Shown here: positions 12,823 through 24,829 of the stretch, one piece after another
Layout of the letters: every line of letters begins with the position of its first letter
Position numbering within the stretch: position 1 is the stretch's first letter
Assembly (NCBI RefSeq): GCF_006345805.1
Contig: NC_043007.1
Span: forward strand, 34,038,001 to 34,102,000
DNA length: 64,000 nt
Direction of reading: 5' to 3'
Origin: Octopus sinensis
Lineage: Eukaryota
Position numbers and translations under genes: made by a program
Notes under the pieces: generated by a model
Database searches by the model: none
What the model was told of the DNA's origin: nothing
The model's input: the letters and a program-made list of their open reading frames with translations, nothing else

Positions 12823-13047
12823 TATTTCTTTACTACCTACAAGGGGCTAAACACAGAGAGGACAAAGGACAGACAAACGGATTAAGTCGATTATATCGAC
12901 CCCAGTGCGTAACTGGTACTTATTTAATCGACCCCGAAAGGATGAAAGGCAAAGTCGACCTCGGCGGAATTTGAACTCAGAACGTAGCGGCAGACGAAAT
13001 ACTGCTAAGCATTTCGCCCAGCGTGCTAACGTTTCTGCCAGCTCGCC
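12823..13047 (-). mobile_element. SINE family A monomer
   Basis: TSD CAAGCAGATACC at 12811-12822 and 13047-13058. Confidence 0.9.
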
Positions 13048-13088
13048 AAGCAGATACCATCACTCCAAGGCCCTTTATCTATCCATCC

Positions 13089-13198
<110 letters not shown>

Positions 13199-14258
13199 GC
13201 GAGTGTCGCGTTGCTCTCAAGCAACTCTGCCGTCCCGGGTCGACCTTCAGTGACTTCAACACGACCAAAGCATTCTATAGGGGATTAGTGGAGGGGAGGT
13301 ACGACGACGATCTTGGGGCAAACCTGGGCGTCGACGAGGAATACCTGACCCGCCTGTTTGAAACGACTTTCGGGCCGGGACCTATGGACAACTTCCAGAG
13401 ATCCCTGGCCTGGCGGTGCTACCGAGAAGCGCTACCCGTTCGGGATAAGCTCTATAGGCATGGCTCGAGAAACACGGGGCCGACCTGCCCGAGATGCGGG
13501 CAGATCTACGAAACCGCTCTGCACGCAATCGTGCAGTGTCCAACAATCTCCGACCTGTGGGCTTATGTCGAACGACTGCTGTCACGTGTGGGACGTGTCG
13601 GTTTATCAGCCGAGTCTATCGTCAATATCGTCACGCCTCTTTCCTTCAAACGGGAAGGAAGAGCTATTTTCATCATACTTGTGGCTATGGCGAAAGAATG
13701 TATCTGGTGGACGCGCCTGAAAGGATTAGAGACAATCTCTCGTCAACTTCTTCAAGTATCACTTGAAGAGGAAAGTGAGATTAGAGAGGCAAGTTTTGTC
13801 TAGCGAACTTTTTAAAAAAATATGGATGAATGTAGCAAGGATGGCACGTATGAATGACGAAGCCACCTTGCCTATGATTCTATGAACCGTAAAAATTAAT
13901 ACAGAGAGTTGCTTATTTGCAAAAAAAAAAAAAAGAAATATAACATGTGACTTCATTGACCGAGGTTACCGCGGTCTTTTCCGTAGGCTTTTCTTTCCAC
14001 GGGTAAACCTCACCTGTCCTCCCCTTTACACTTCATATTGACATTTCTGTGATAACGATCCCTATTGATCAATTTTTTTTCCTTTCCCTTTTCCCACCTT
14101 TTTTTAAAAAAAATTATTCCCCCTTTTTTGTCCTCTTTCTTTCCCTTTACGATCCCTTTTGATCGAAAACCAAACCCCCTTTTTTTTACCCCCAAAAGAA
14201 AAGCTCTACCTCGTAATTTGTCCTGTCTGTGTGCAGCCCTGTGTGGCTAATAAAGAAA

Positions 14259-14262
<4 letters not shown>
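13199..14262 (+). mobile_element. 5'-truncated Tx1-like (L1 clade) LINE 3' end
   Basis: ORF 13288-13803 SLAWRCYREALPVRDKL..TCPRCG..ETALHAIVQC (zf-RVT/CCHC) then IW..R; T-rich 3' UTR with AATAAA followed by (TC)n. Confidence 0.85.
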
Positions 14263-14313
<51 letters not shown>

Positions 14314-14316
14314 TAA

Positions 14317-14369
<53 letters not shown>

Positions 14370-14589
14370 ACGAACGTGTGTGCTTTCATGTGAGTGTGTG
14401 AAAGTGCTTGCGAGTGTTACGTATTCGTCGTCAATGGCGAACATTTAGTAGATTCACTGAATGTGTTCCTTCTCGTGAAATTCACGTGTGTGTGCCTGAG
14501 TATTCCGTAGACATGTGAGTCCTTAATACATTTACAAAGTCAGAGCGAAAAACACTAGACTATGCTGCCCTTTCGAATTACAGCTACTA

Positions 14590-14620
14590 TCGAAAGACAT
14601 AGACAGACAGACAGATAGAT

Positions 14621-14683
<63 letters not shown>

Positions 14684-14691
14684 AGATTAGC

Positions 14692-14730
<39 letters not shown>

Positions 14731-14763
14731 GTAGGTAGGTAGATAGATGAATAGATAGATAGG

Positions 14764-14796
<33 letters not shown>

Positions 14797-14864
14797 GAAT
14801 AGATAGATAGGTAGATAGATAGATAGATATAGAAGATAGATAGATAGATGAATAGATAGATAGG

Positions 14865-14908
<44 letters not shown>

Positions 14909-15070
14909 AAGAGAGGTGAATGAGATGGAAAAGAGGTAGTAGAAGAAGAAGAAGAAAAAGAGGAGGAGGAGGAAGAAGAAGACGAAGAAGAGGAGGGGGA
15001 GAAGAAGACGAAGAAGAAGTGGAGGAGGAGGAGGAGGAAGAGGGAGAAAAGGAGGTGAGAGAGAACGAAG
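14590..15070. repeat. (GATA)n and (GAA/GAG)n arrays
   Basis: Directly visible. Confidence 0.95.
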
Positions 15071-16204
15071 AAGCAACATTCCTCTCAATGGTAAATAAAT
15101 ATTCCATATATAGACCCGAGAACAATGATAAGCAAAGTATTCCTGAACGGAATTTGAACTCAGTGAAGAGAGATTCGGAACGATTGCCAATTCACCATTT
15201 TAACAGTATATTCAGTCAGTATTGTCATGTCTTTTTCTACTACATATTAGATTTACATTTATAGTCGTTTCTCAAATATATATATCACACCAATAACAAT
15301 TATATCTATTTGAATATATTTTTACGTTACCATTCATGGTAGTCACAAATTTGTTATATTTCTCTGTGTGTGTGTGTGTCTATATGTGTGCATATGTGTT
15401 TGTGTGTGTGTGTATGTTTGTGTGTGGGCTTGTGCATCTGAATACATCTCTTCATCTATTGTCACTGCTTCAATATATTCTATGCTACTAACTTTTCTGT
15501 ACACTAACAAATGTGAAAGATATTGCGTTGCTACGTAACCACGCATGGAAATATTTCTTCCGTAATCCATTTATTTTCTATAAATCCTAGCCTATGTTAA
15601 AATTATATAAAATATGAAATTGAAATGCGCCTCGTATATAATATATATAATACACAAGCTTTAATGTTCCATCTATAATATATAATATATCATATATCAT
15701 ATATAATATGCAATTAATTTATTTCGAAAATTTATTAATAAATAATTTAAACTTCTACGTGCAGAAGTTTCCGAGATGTCGAAGGTAGGTTTTATGCAAG
15801 CTGTGCTGTGGAGTAAGCAGGCAAAAACAACACAACCAAACAATTTGAAAACAAAAAGGGAATCGAAATAACTATGACATCAGCTAATTTGTTGATCGTA
15901 TGTTACACCGGAGAGATGCTGAAAAAGCACATGATGCGTTTAGAAGTTACATAACGTGACTCTTAATTATGCTATGAAAGCTCATAGTAACGAGACGATT
16001 GAGATGATAATGGCATTTGTAATAACATGTTGCAGTATCTTTAATGATATTATGTGAAACAGGCCAACAAACAATGGAGCCTCGATTCGACATGGCCGCT
16101 CGTACGGCTAGAAATAGCTTACTGCAAAGAAAGACTCCCAGCTTTTATTCTTGTCGGTTCTTTGTCCTTGTTATATTCTCCATGCATGTATAATAATAAT
16201 AAAA

Positions 16205-16580
16205 GGAGGCGCAATGGCCCAGTGGTTAGGGCAGCGGACTCGCGGTCATAGGATCGCGATTTCGATTCCCAGACCGAGCGTTGTGAGTGTTTATTGAGCG
16301 GAAACACCTAAAGCTCCACGATGCTCCGGCAGGGGATGGTGGTGATCCCTGCTGTACTCTTTCACCATAACTTTCTCTCACTCTTACTTCCTGTTGTACC
16401 TGTATTTCAAAGGGCCGGCCTTGTCACTCTCTGTGTCACGCTGAATATCCCCGAGAACTACGTTAAGGGTACACGTGTCTGTGGAGTGCTCAGCCACTTA
16501 CACGTTAATTTCACGTGCAGGCTGTTCCGTTGATTCGGATCAACCGGAACCCTCGTCGTCGTAACCGACGGAGTGCTTCC
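16205..16580 (+). mobile_element. SINE family D (tRNA-derived)
   Basis: A box TGGCCCAGTGG, B-box-like ATTTCGATTCC; ends GACGGAGTGCTTCC; five near-identical copies in the window. Confidence 0.9.
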
Positions 16581-16789
16581 ATCCATCCATAATAATAACA
16601 TTACTTTCATGTTCTGAATTCAAATTCTACCAAAGTCAATCTTTGTCGTTCGTCCCACTGCGGAAGTGGCGGACAATAAATTACGAAATCATTCAAGTGC
16701 TTGACGTCGATACAGATAACCTATCCAAACAAACAAACAAACAAACTATCCACACAAATTTTCACTCTCTTCTTAATAGAAGAACAGCG

Positions 16790-16824
<35 letters not shown>

Positions 16825-16860
16825 CATCATTACTACTACTACTACTACTACTACTACTAT

Positions 16861-17035
16861 TGTGTGAGAGAGTGGTGCATGCCATCAAAGTGACACTGGG
16901 GTAAAATATACAAAGCCCAGTATGCCCATCCTTTCGGGGTCGATAAATTAAGTACCAGGGAAACACTGGAGTCGATGTAATCGACTAGCCTCTCCCACAA
17001 AATTTCGAAGTCTTGTGCCTTCAGTAGAAAGGATT
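16861..17035. mobile_element. Family E terminus (minus) fused to the 3' part of SINE A (plus)
   Basis: GCATGCCATCAAAGTGACACTGGGG...CCCATC joins CTTTCGGGGTCGATAAATTAAG via shared CATC. Confidence 0.7.
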
Positions 17036-17086
17036 ATTATTATTATAACAAACAAACATATACACACACATTCATATATATATATA

Positions 17087-17532
17087 TTTATATTTATATT
17101 ATATAGAGGGCATTATTACACATAAATGCCACACGCTAGGAGGGACTTTTAAAGTCATAACTACCAAAAATAAACAAATCGTACCGAATGCATGTTGGTA
17201 TGTTGGTTTTGTTCATTCATGATATATTTTGAATTCGTTTCACTGAAGAGCAAGACACGTAAATAATACGTTAATTGCGAAATCACAGGTGATCTGGAAC
17301 TAAATTCTGTTTTTAAATGTCTCGCTTCGAGAATTGCATTCGGTACGATTTGTTTATTTTTGGTAGTTATGACTTTAAAAGTCCCTCCTAGCGTGTGGCA
17401 TTTATGTGTAATAATGCCCTCTATATAATATAAATAAATATTTTCAAGTGAAAAAATTTAGAGATTTTTTCTCTTATGAGGTTTTTCACGCTAACTACCT
17501 GGTAATTTCTTATTAAGATTTTATCCTATTTT
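17087..17532 (+). mobile_element. Foldback HHR mini-element family F2
   Basis: About 105-bp inverted arms 17087-17192 and 17335-17440 around an HHR-containing spacer; terminal segment shared with 32125-32230 (reverse complement); (TA)n flanks. Confidence 0.85.
17237..17300 (+). ncRNA. Type I hammerhead ribozyme
   Basis: Stem I GUUUCA/UGGAAC, CTGAAGA 17243-17249, stem II GCAA/UUGC (inner ACGUA/UACGU), GAAA 17279-17282, stem III AUCAC/GUGAU, predicted cleavage after AUC at 17294. Confidence 0.85.
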
Positions 17533-17555
17533 TAAATATATATATATACATATAT

Positions 17556-17657
17556 ACGACGGGCTTCTTTCAGTTTCCTTCTACCAAATCCACTCACAAG
17601 GCTTTGGTCGGCCGAGGCTATAGTAGAAGACACTCGCCCAAGGTGCCATGCAGTGGA
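17556..17657 (-). mobile_element. SINE family B fragment
   Basis: CGACGGGCTTCTTTCAGTTTCC...CAAGGTGCCA matches the other B copies. Confidence 0.85.
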
Positions 17658-18204
17658 ATATCTTGGTTAAAATGGTGTTTTCGCGTCGAAGATTCGGCAT
17701 ATTTCCCAGCAGATAATAGTAACGATTCCCTCATACCCGTAACAGGGTAAACAGAAATAATTTGGTCAATTGTCTCTACTGGTTGCATAGTATAGTTGTT
17801 CATATATTAATTCCAAATTTTTGCAAAAGACCTTCAGTTTCAGTGGAAAGGGTAAATTGATTCCATCAACTCCTAATGTTCAACTGATATTGTCACCCAT
17901 AATTTCATCGACTCCGAAAGGATGAAAAGCAAAGTCGACGTCGGCATTATTTACACTTAGAACATACAGATGGTCGAAATGCTTCTAAGCATTTTGGATG
18001 GCGTGATAACGATTCTTCCAGCTCGCCGAGTTTCTGTATTTCATACGTTAGCATTTTCACTCAAAATATTACGTTTTTTTTTTATTCTTTTCTTGCTGTT
18101 TTTGTAATTTTTTCTTAGTCCATATCTTTTAGTCATTGTTGACTTAGATCCACTCTGTTGAGTCTTGGCAGGTTGCCATCATGGTGCAGTTCAGTTCTCG
18201 GATA

Positions 18205-19016
18205 TTTACGGTTTGAACGGCATTTTAGGAGTGGCTGTGTGGTAAGTAGCTTGCTTACGAACCACATGGTTCCGGGTTCAGTCCCACTGTGTGGCACTTT
18301 GGGCAAGTGTCTTCTGCTATAGCCTCGAGCTGACCAGAGCCTTGTGAGTGGATTTGGTAGACGGAAACTGAAAGAAGCCCGTCGTATAGATGTATTTATA
18401 TATATGTATATATGTGTGTGTGTTTGTGCGTCTGTGTTTGTCGCCCCAACATCGCTTGACAACCGATGCTGTGTTTACGTCCCTGTAACTTAGCGGTTCG
18501 GCAAAAGAGACCGATATAATAAGTACTAGGCTTCCAAAGAATAAGTCCTGAGGTCGATTTGCTCGACTAAAGGCGGTGCTCCAGCATGGCAAAGGTCAAA
18601 TGACTGAAACAAGTAAAAGTAAAAGGGTAGAGAGAGTAACTAAACACTTTTAAACTTCGTATACTGGTAGAATGTGTTTATAAAACATCTTTTTCTCTTG
18701 GCTTTATTGAGAAAGTTTAATAGTTTGTAAGATATTTGTTGTTTTTTCTTCAATTTCTGCAATTTCAACCAATCAATGACGTCTATTGAGGTGAAGACAT
18801 TCTGTGCCGCATGAATACGTCCCTCGTTTAAGAAACAGATTGGGTTTATTTACATTTGTGAAGAAAAAGAAACACCCTTCCCCTACCCCTAACCCTAACC
18901 CTAACTAACCCTAACCATAAAACAGATTGAAATGCAATAGATCGATACTAGGGTCATAATTATGGGTGACAATTTCATATGACACCGCTAGAAAAAACTG
19001 CCGTTCAAACCGAAAA
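18205..19016. mobile_element. MITE-like element (TIR TTTTCGGTTTGAACGGCAGTTTT) with internal CCCTAA repeats, split by SINE B
   Basis: Left TIR remnant at 18208-18226, body resumes about 18636, right TIR AAAAAACTGCCGTTCAAACCGAAAA at about 18992-19016. Confidence 0.8.
18226..18635 (+). mobile_element. SINE family B (tRNA-derived, internal TA/GT microsatellite)
   Basis: Head TAGGAGTGGCTGTGTGG, B-box-like GGTTCAGTCCC, tail CAAATGACTGAAACAAGTAAAAG. Confidence 0.9.
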
Positions 19017-20160
19017 AATCCCAGTTCTCTATATTTTGAAAGTATATCTTGCAATGATATTTTGATTTCGCCTTTAAAACAGCTTGGCATTTTTGTTCTG
19101 TCCTTATGTAAATAATTTTCTTTGTTGTACTTAATTTCCAATTTGTATTCTATTGCTTCCATATATAAGATTTTAAAAAAATCTTCACATTTGCCTATTA
19201 CACAACGGCAGTTTTTCTAGCGGTGTCATATGAAATTGTCACCCATAATTATGACCCTAGTATCGATCTATTGCATTTCAATCTCATTTAGGCTTAGGGT
19301 TAGTTAGGGTTAGGGGTGAGGGGAAGGGTATCTTTTTTTCTTCACAAATGTAAATAAACCCAATCTGTTTCTTAAACGTGGGACATATTCATACAGCACA
19401 GAATGTTTTTTTTTTACCTCAATAGATGTATTTGATTGGTTGTAATTGCAGAAATTGAAGAAAAAACAATAACAAATATCTTACAAACTATAGAATTTTC
19501 TCAATAAAGCCAAGAGAAAAATATGTTTTATAAACACATTCTACCAGTATACGAAGTTTAAAAGTGTTTAGCTACGTGGAAATTATTTTTAAAAAACTGC
19601 CGTTCAAACCGAAAAGATCCTAATTTTCTTCGGTGTACTTAATTTCCAATTTGTATTCTATTGCTTCCATATATAAGATTTAAAAAAATCTTCACATTTG
19701 CTTATTACACAAGCCTATTCCCCTCTATTTGCGTCTAGGTAGTTTTCTACTCCGACTGTTGTTATTTCGTTGTAGTTTTCTATTTGCATCAGCCATTTTG
19801 GGTGGGTATAATCTATTTACATCAACTCTGCGCTGAAAGCTTTCGAACATTAAGTAGTTCCCCGGTGTTATTTGTCTCGACTCTTCAAGACATTTAACTT
19901 TATCTTCTTTTTGTTGAAACTGTAAATGATGCATAAGCTGGTTTCTCCAGCATTTTAACAGCGGGTTGTCTTTCATGGAATCTTAAAATTTTTCTTTAAT
20001 TTTTGTGCGAAATCTTAGACTTATTTAATCCAAAGTATTATATTTTGCTAGTTTTGTTGAATTCTTTGAATTGAATCCAGGTATCTAATTTAATTTCCTA
20101 AATTTTTGTTAAATTTTCCTCTTTACATATACAATAACTTTAGCACATTTATCTAATGCC
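19017..20160 (-). mobile_element. Highly decayed R4/Dong-like RT remnant
   Basis: Minus-strand fragments resembling (F)GLDKCAKV, KY.LG and RRVDVNRLY (cf. HPKADxDRLYLP in the 45.8-kb copy). Confidence 0.55.
19204..19615. mobile_element. Second, inverted copy of the same MITE-like element
   Basis: Reverse complement of 18636-19005; bounded by AACGGCAGTTTTT and AAAAACTGCCGTTCAAACCGAAAA. Confidence 0.85.
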
Positions 20161-20218
20161 TCGCACATTATTCATGACTTGGCTTAGACGTTCACCGGGA
20201 TTGTATTCCTAGCATGTT

Positions 20219-20602
20219 GAGGCGCGATGGCCCAGTGGTTAGGGCAACGGACTCGCGGTCATAGGATCGCGGTTTCGATTCCCAGACCGGGCGTTGTGAG
20301 TGTTTATTGAGCGAAAATACCTAAAGCTCCACGAGGCTCCAGCAGGGATGGTGGTGATCCCTGCTGTACTCTTTCACCACAACTTTCTCTCACTCTTACT
20401 TCCTGTTTCTGCTGTACCTGTATTTCAAAGGGCCGGCCTTGTCACTCTTTGTGTCACGCTGAATATCCCCGAGAACTACGTTAAGGGTACACGTGTCTGT
20501 GGAGTGCTCAGCCACTTACACGTTAATTTCACGAGCAGGCTGTTCCGTTGATTCAGATCAACCAGAACCCTCGTCGTCGTAACCGACGGAGTGCTTCCAT
20601 CC
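20219..20602 (+). mobile_element. SINE family D
   Basis: 12-bp TSD ATTCCTAGCATG at 20205-20216 and 20603-20614. Confidence 0.92.
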
Positions 20603-20948
20603 ATTCCTAGCATGCCGGAGAAAATACTGACTGACTTTTCGTTCGTCTTTATTTTCTGAGTTCGAATTCCGCCACGGTAGTCTTTGCTTCTCATCCTTTC
20701 GAGGTCGATGAAACAAGTATCTGTTTAGCACTGGGATCGACATAATCAACTTAACCCTCCCCCAAAATATCAGGCCTTGTACCTATGTTAGAAAGGGTTA
20801 TTTATGCTTTGACGCTAATTTACAAACTATTTTAGTGACGAATGACCTTTGTAAATATTTTAAGTCATTCAAATACGATATAAAATTTTACGAATGAGCC
20901 CTCATCCTGCGTACGATTTTTTCCGTATTAACTATAGCCAGTTCTGAA

Positions 20949-21548
20949 AGGCGGCGAGCTGGCAGAAACGTTAGCACGCCGGGCGAAATGCGTAGCCGTA
21001 TTTCGTCTGCCGTTACATTCTGGGTTCAAATTCCGCCGAGGTCGACTTTGCCTTTCGTCCTTTCGGGGTCGATAAATTAAGTACCAGTTACGCACTGGAG
21101 TCGATGTAATCGACTTAATCTGTTTGCTTGTCCTTGTTTGTTCCCTCTGTGTTTAGCCCCTTGTGGGTAGTAAAGAAATAGGTATTTCGTCTGCCGTTAC
21201 GTTCTGGGTTCAAATTCCGCCGAGGTCGACTTTGCCTTTCATCCTTTCGGTGTCGATAAATTAAGTACCAGTTACGCACTGGAGTCGATGTAATCGACTT
21301 AATCTGTTTGCTTGTCCTTGTTTGTTCCTTCTGTGTTTAGCCCCTTGTGGGTAGTAAAGAAATAGGTATTTCGTCTGCCGTTACATTCTGAGTTCAAATT
21401 CCGCCGAGGTCGACTTTGCCTTTCATCCTTTCGGGGTCGATAAATTAAGTACCAGTTACGCACTGGGGTCGATGTAATCGACTTAATCCGTTTGTCTGTC
21501 CTTGTTTGTTCCCTCCGTGTTTAACCCCTTGTGGGTAGTAAAAAAATA
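20949..21548 (+). mobile_element. SINE family A trimer (3 x 184-bp unit)
   Basis: Units start at 20998, 21182, 21366; TSD TATA(G/A)CCAGTTCTG at 20933-20946 and 21549-21562. Confidence 0.92.
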
Positions 21549-22240
21549 TATAACCAGTTCTGGTTTCATTCTGCCGTTTATTAATGCAGATAAAAGTGTG
21601 CAGGATGCCAGAAGTGTTAATGAGTTTTCGTACAAGATTTCTCTTCTTACAGGTATGTGTCCGCTTTTAATTACGTTCATTGTTAACTTATAAATAATTC
21701 CGTTTTGACTTAACATGTTTGATGCATTGCAGTTTCTCTGTTTATGTAGGGAGTCTTCAGTATTCAAAAGCCTGAGATAAGCTATCAAATGTTTCGGTAG
21801 CCTCTCCAGTCCATATTGAAGTGTGTTTCCCTGCTTTTTGCTGATAATACCTGGAAAAATGTGCGTTGCATGCTCGGTGTTGGTGCTGTTATTGTTATCG
21901 TTTAACTCCAGTTCAGCCTTTACTAAATAGACCTATATACAAAGGAACGGCTGCATAGTTGCAATGGCAATTAATTATTTTATAAGTTACCTAGGAATAC
22001 TTTATCAATGTAGCTTTCCTTGTCAAAAATACTGGAAAGTTTCCTTTGAGGGAAATTTTATAGCTAATAAATTAACTGAGTAAATGTTCCTTTGTTATTG
22101 TGCTGAAACTGATGTTGCTCTTGTTGTCATTGTTAATATTGTTTAGTTTTATAACAGTCCTGACAAAACTATAACCAGCTGGTGTAATTTTATTTGAGGT
22201 ATACTATAGCTGTCTTTTAGTCTCTTTTACTATCTTTTAA

Positions 22241-22669
22241 TCTCTTTTACTTGTTTCAGTCATTTGACTGCGGCCATGCTGGAGCACCGTCTTTAGTCGA
22301 CCAAATCGACCCCAGGACTAATTCTTTGTAAGACTAGTACTTATTCTATCGGTCGCTTTTTGCCGAACCGCTAAGTTACGGGCGACATAAACACACCAGC
22401 ATCGGTTGTCAAGCAATGTTGGAGGCGGGGGGGGGGGGCAAACACAGACACACAAACATATACACACATATACACACACACATATACATATATATGTATA
22501 TACATATATACGACGGGCTTCTTTCAGTTTCCGTCTACCAAATCCACTGACAAAGGCTTGGTCGGCCGGAGGCTATGGCAGAAGACACTTGACCAAGGTG
22601 CCACGCAGTGGGACTGAACCCAGAACCATGTGGTTTGTAAGCAAACTACGTACCACACAGCCACTCCTA
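22241..22669 (-). mobile_element. SINE family B
   Basis: Full-length match to other B copies. Confidence 0.9.
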
Positions 22670-23034
22670 TAATATAATCAGTGGTAACTTCTACCACTGA
22701 TTATATTATCAAATGGTGAAGATGCGAGATCTAGTGATTATGGCTTTCGGTTCATAAAAATAAGATCGTGGATTCAATTCCACAACTGAGTGGGACGTGC
22801 TGTGTCCTTGAGCAAAGTCCTTCATTTTACGTTGTTTCAGTTTGTTCAATTGTAAATAAATAATTCCAGCGGGGTGCTGGTGTAGCCCTTATTACCTCCG
22901 GCTGTCATATCCTCTGACAAGTGTTCAAGGAACCGAGAGAGTGTTCATGTCGGCTCGCACATAAACAGACGCGTAAAACAATCAACTAAGGAATGACTCA
23001 TTCTCCTAATCCATTCTCGCTTTGCATAGCATTG

Positions 23035-23445
23035 CAGGCGGAGGAGTGGCAGTGTGGAAAGTAGCTTGTTTACGAACCACTTGGTTCCGGGTTCAGTCCC
23101 ACTGCGTGGCACCTTGGGCAAGTGTCTTCTACTATAGCCTCGGGCCGACCAAAGCCTTGTGAGTAAATTTGGTAGACGGAAACTGAAAGAAGCCCGTCGT
23201 ATATATGTATATATATATATGTGTTTGTGTGTGTGTGTGTGTATGTCTGTGTGTCTGTGTTTGCCCCCCCCCAACATCAATTGATAACCGATGCTGGTGT
23301 GTTTACGTCACCGTAACCTAGCGGTTCGGCAAAAGCGACCGATCGAATAAGTACTAGGCTTACAAAGAATAAGTCCTGGGGTCGATTTGCTCGTCTAAAG
23401 GTGGTGCTCCAGCATGGCCACAGTTAAATGACTGAAACAAATAAA
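23035..23445 (+). mobile_element. SINE family B
   Basis: Full-length match to other B copies. Confidence 0.9.
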
Positions 23446-23873
23446 ATAATAATAATAATAATAATAAAATAATCTGTTTTTTGTTTTTACCAAAGAATAT
23501 GGAGATTTCTTTAAGATGGAATATTATTTCATGGTAATTTGACTGGTATTTCTAGCAACTGAAACGGTGACATCGAAACTCCCTTGGCGGTTTGTTGTTT
23601 TGAAGCTGATGTCATATTAACAGCTACAAGTCTCCAAGTTATTCCAATAATCCAATATCTTCGTATTAAATGTGTTCAGTTTTTTTCGCTTTTATTCTGA
23701 AAAGTTGTCAATGAACACAGAAGAACCACGCACAAAATAGCTGATATTGTGGCTGTATCTGCTTGTAATATTGTTTTCACTGCTGTTTTTGTCGTTGATG
23801 TTATTGGTTTTGGTGTTGTGGCTATTAGTCTTTGGGAAGGTATGATGTATGCTAAAAAAGAAGTCATTGATAA

Positions 23874-24259
23874 TGGATGGAAGCACTCCGTCGGTTACGA
23901 CGACGAGGGTTCCGGTTGATCCGAATCAACGGAACAGCCTGCTCGTGAAATTAACGTGTAAGTGGCTGAGCACTCCACAGACACGTGTACCCTTAACGTA
24001 GTTCTCGGGGATATTTAGCGTGAGACAGAGAGTGACAAGGCCGGCCCTTTGAAATACAGGTACAACAGAAACAGGAAGTAAGAGTGAGAGAAAGTTGTGG
24101 TGAAAAAGTACAGCAGGGATCACCACCATCCCTGCCGGAGCCCCATGGAGCTTTAGGTGTTTTCGCTCAATAAACACTCACGACACCCGGTCTGGGAATC
24201 GAAACCGCGATCCTACGACCGCGAGTCTGCTGCCCTAACCACTGGGCCATTGCACCTCC
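23874..24259 (-). mobile_element. SINE family D
   Basis: TSD CATTGATAA at 23865-23873 and 24260-24268. Confidence 0.92.
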
Positions 24260-24357
24260 CATTGATAAGCACGCATATACACAAACATACATATTTTGGT
24301 GTGTGTGTGTGAGAGAGAGAGGGAGAGAGGGAGAGGAGAGACTATCTATCTATCTAT

Positions 24358-24523
24358 CTATCCGCTCAGTCGAAGTCGACTCTCGGTTACTCGATGGATC
24401 AGTGTCCTCCAGTCAGTTCTATCCTGGGCCGCTTCTTTTAGATTGGCTATGTCCATTCCGGTATCACTCTTGATGGTGTCAAGCCAGTGGGTTCTTGGTC
24501 GGCCTCTTCCTATCTTGCCACTG
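24358..24523 (-). mobile_element. RTE/BovB-like LINE extreme 3' end
   Basis: GKIGRGRPRTHWLDTIKSDTGMDIANLKEAAQDRTDWRTLIHRVTESRLRLSG*, typical RTE C-terminus, followed by a (GATA)n tail. Confidence 0.85.
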
Positions 24524-24829
24524 AGGAGAGACAGAGAGATATAAATAGATAAGAGAGTGTATGAATGTGTGTGTGTGTGTGTGTGTGTGTGTGTCATTTA
24601 ACGGTGTACGTGGGAGGAAGTGCAGCTGTAAATTATGGCCTATAATGTATTTGGTTAAAAAAAAAAAACATCGATAAAAATGTCCAATGGCTACTAGCAG
24701 AAGTGTTAGTTTATGCTTTTCTGGAAGAACCAAGAAAGAACAAAGCTCAGAATAAGCGGTGGCAAGATTCTATGATATATTCTCTTGCTGCTCAACTGGA
24801 TTCTATCTGGAAACGGATAAGCGATAGAA

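Noticed and set aside
14687-15264. ORFs with poly-Glu/Arg/Ser and IYLS repeats
   Set aside because: Microsatellite (GATA, GAA/GAG) translations; the same applies to 53728-54113, 51570-51943 (repeat part) and the many YI/CV ORFs.
16205-16280. tRNA gene-like heads (also in families A, B and C)
   Set aside because: They have A/B boxes but no acceptor-stem 3' half, continue into SINE bodies and are TSD-flanked.
18887-18915. Telomere or chromosome end
   Set aside because: Only a few CCCTAA units, internal to a MITE and mirrored in its second copy.
20998-21548. CRISPR-like regular repeats
   Set aside because: Contiguous 184-bp units without unique spacers, inside a TSD-flanked eukaryotic SINE.
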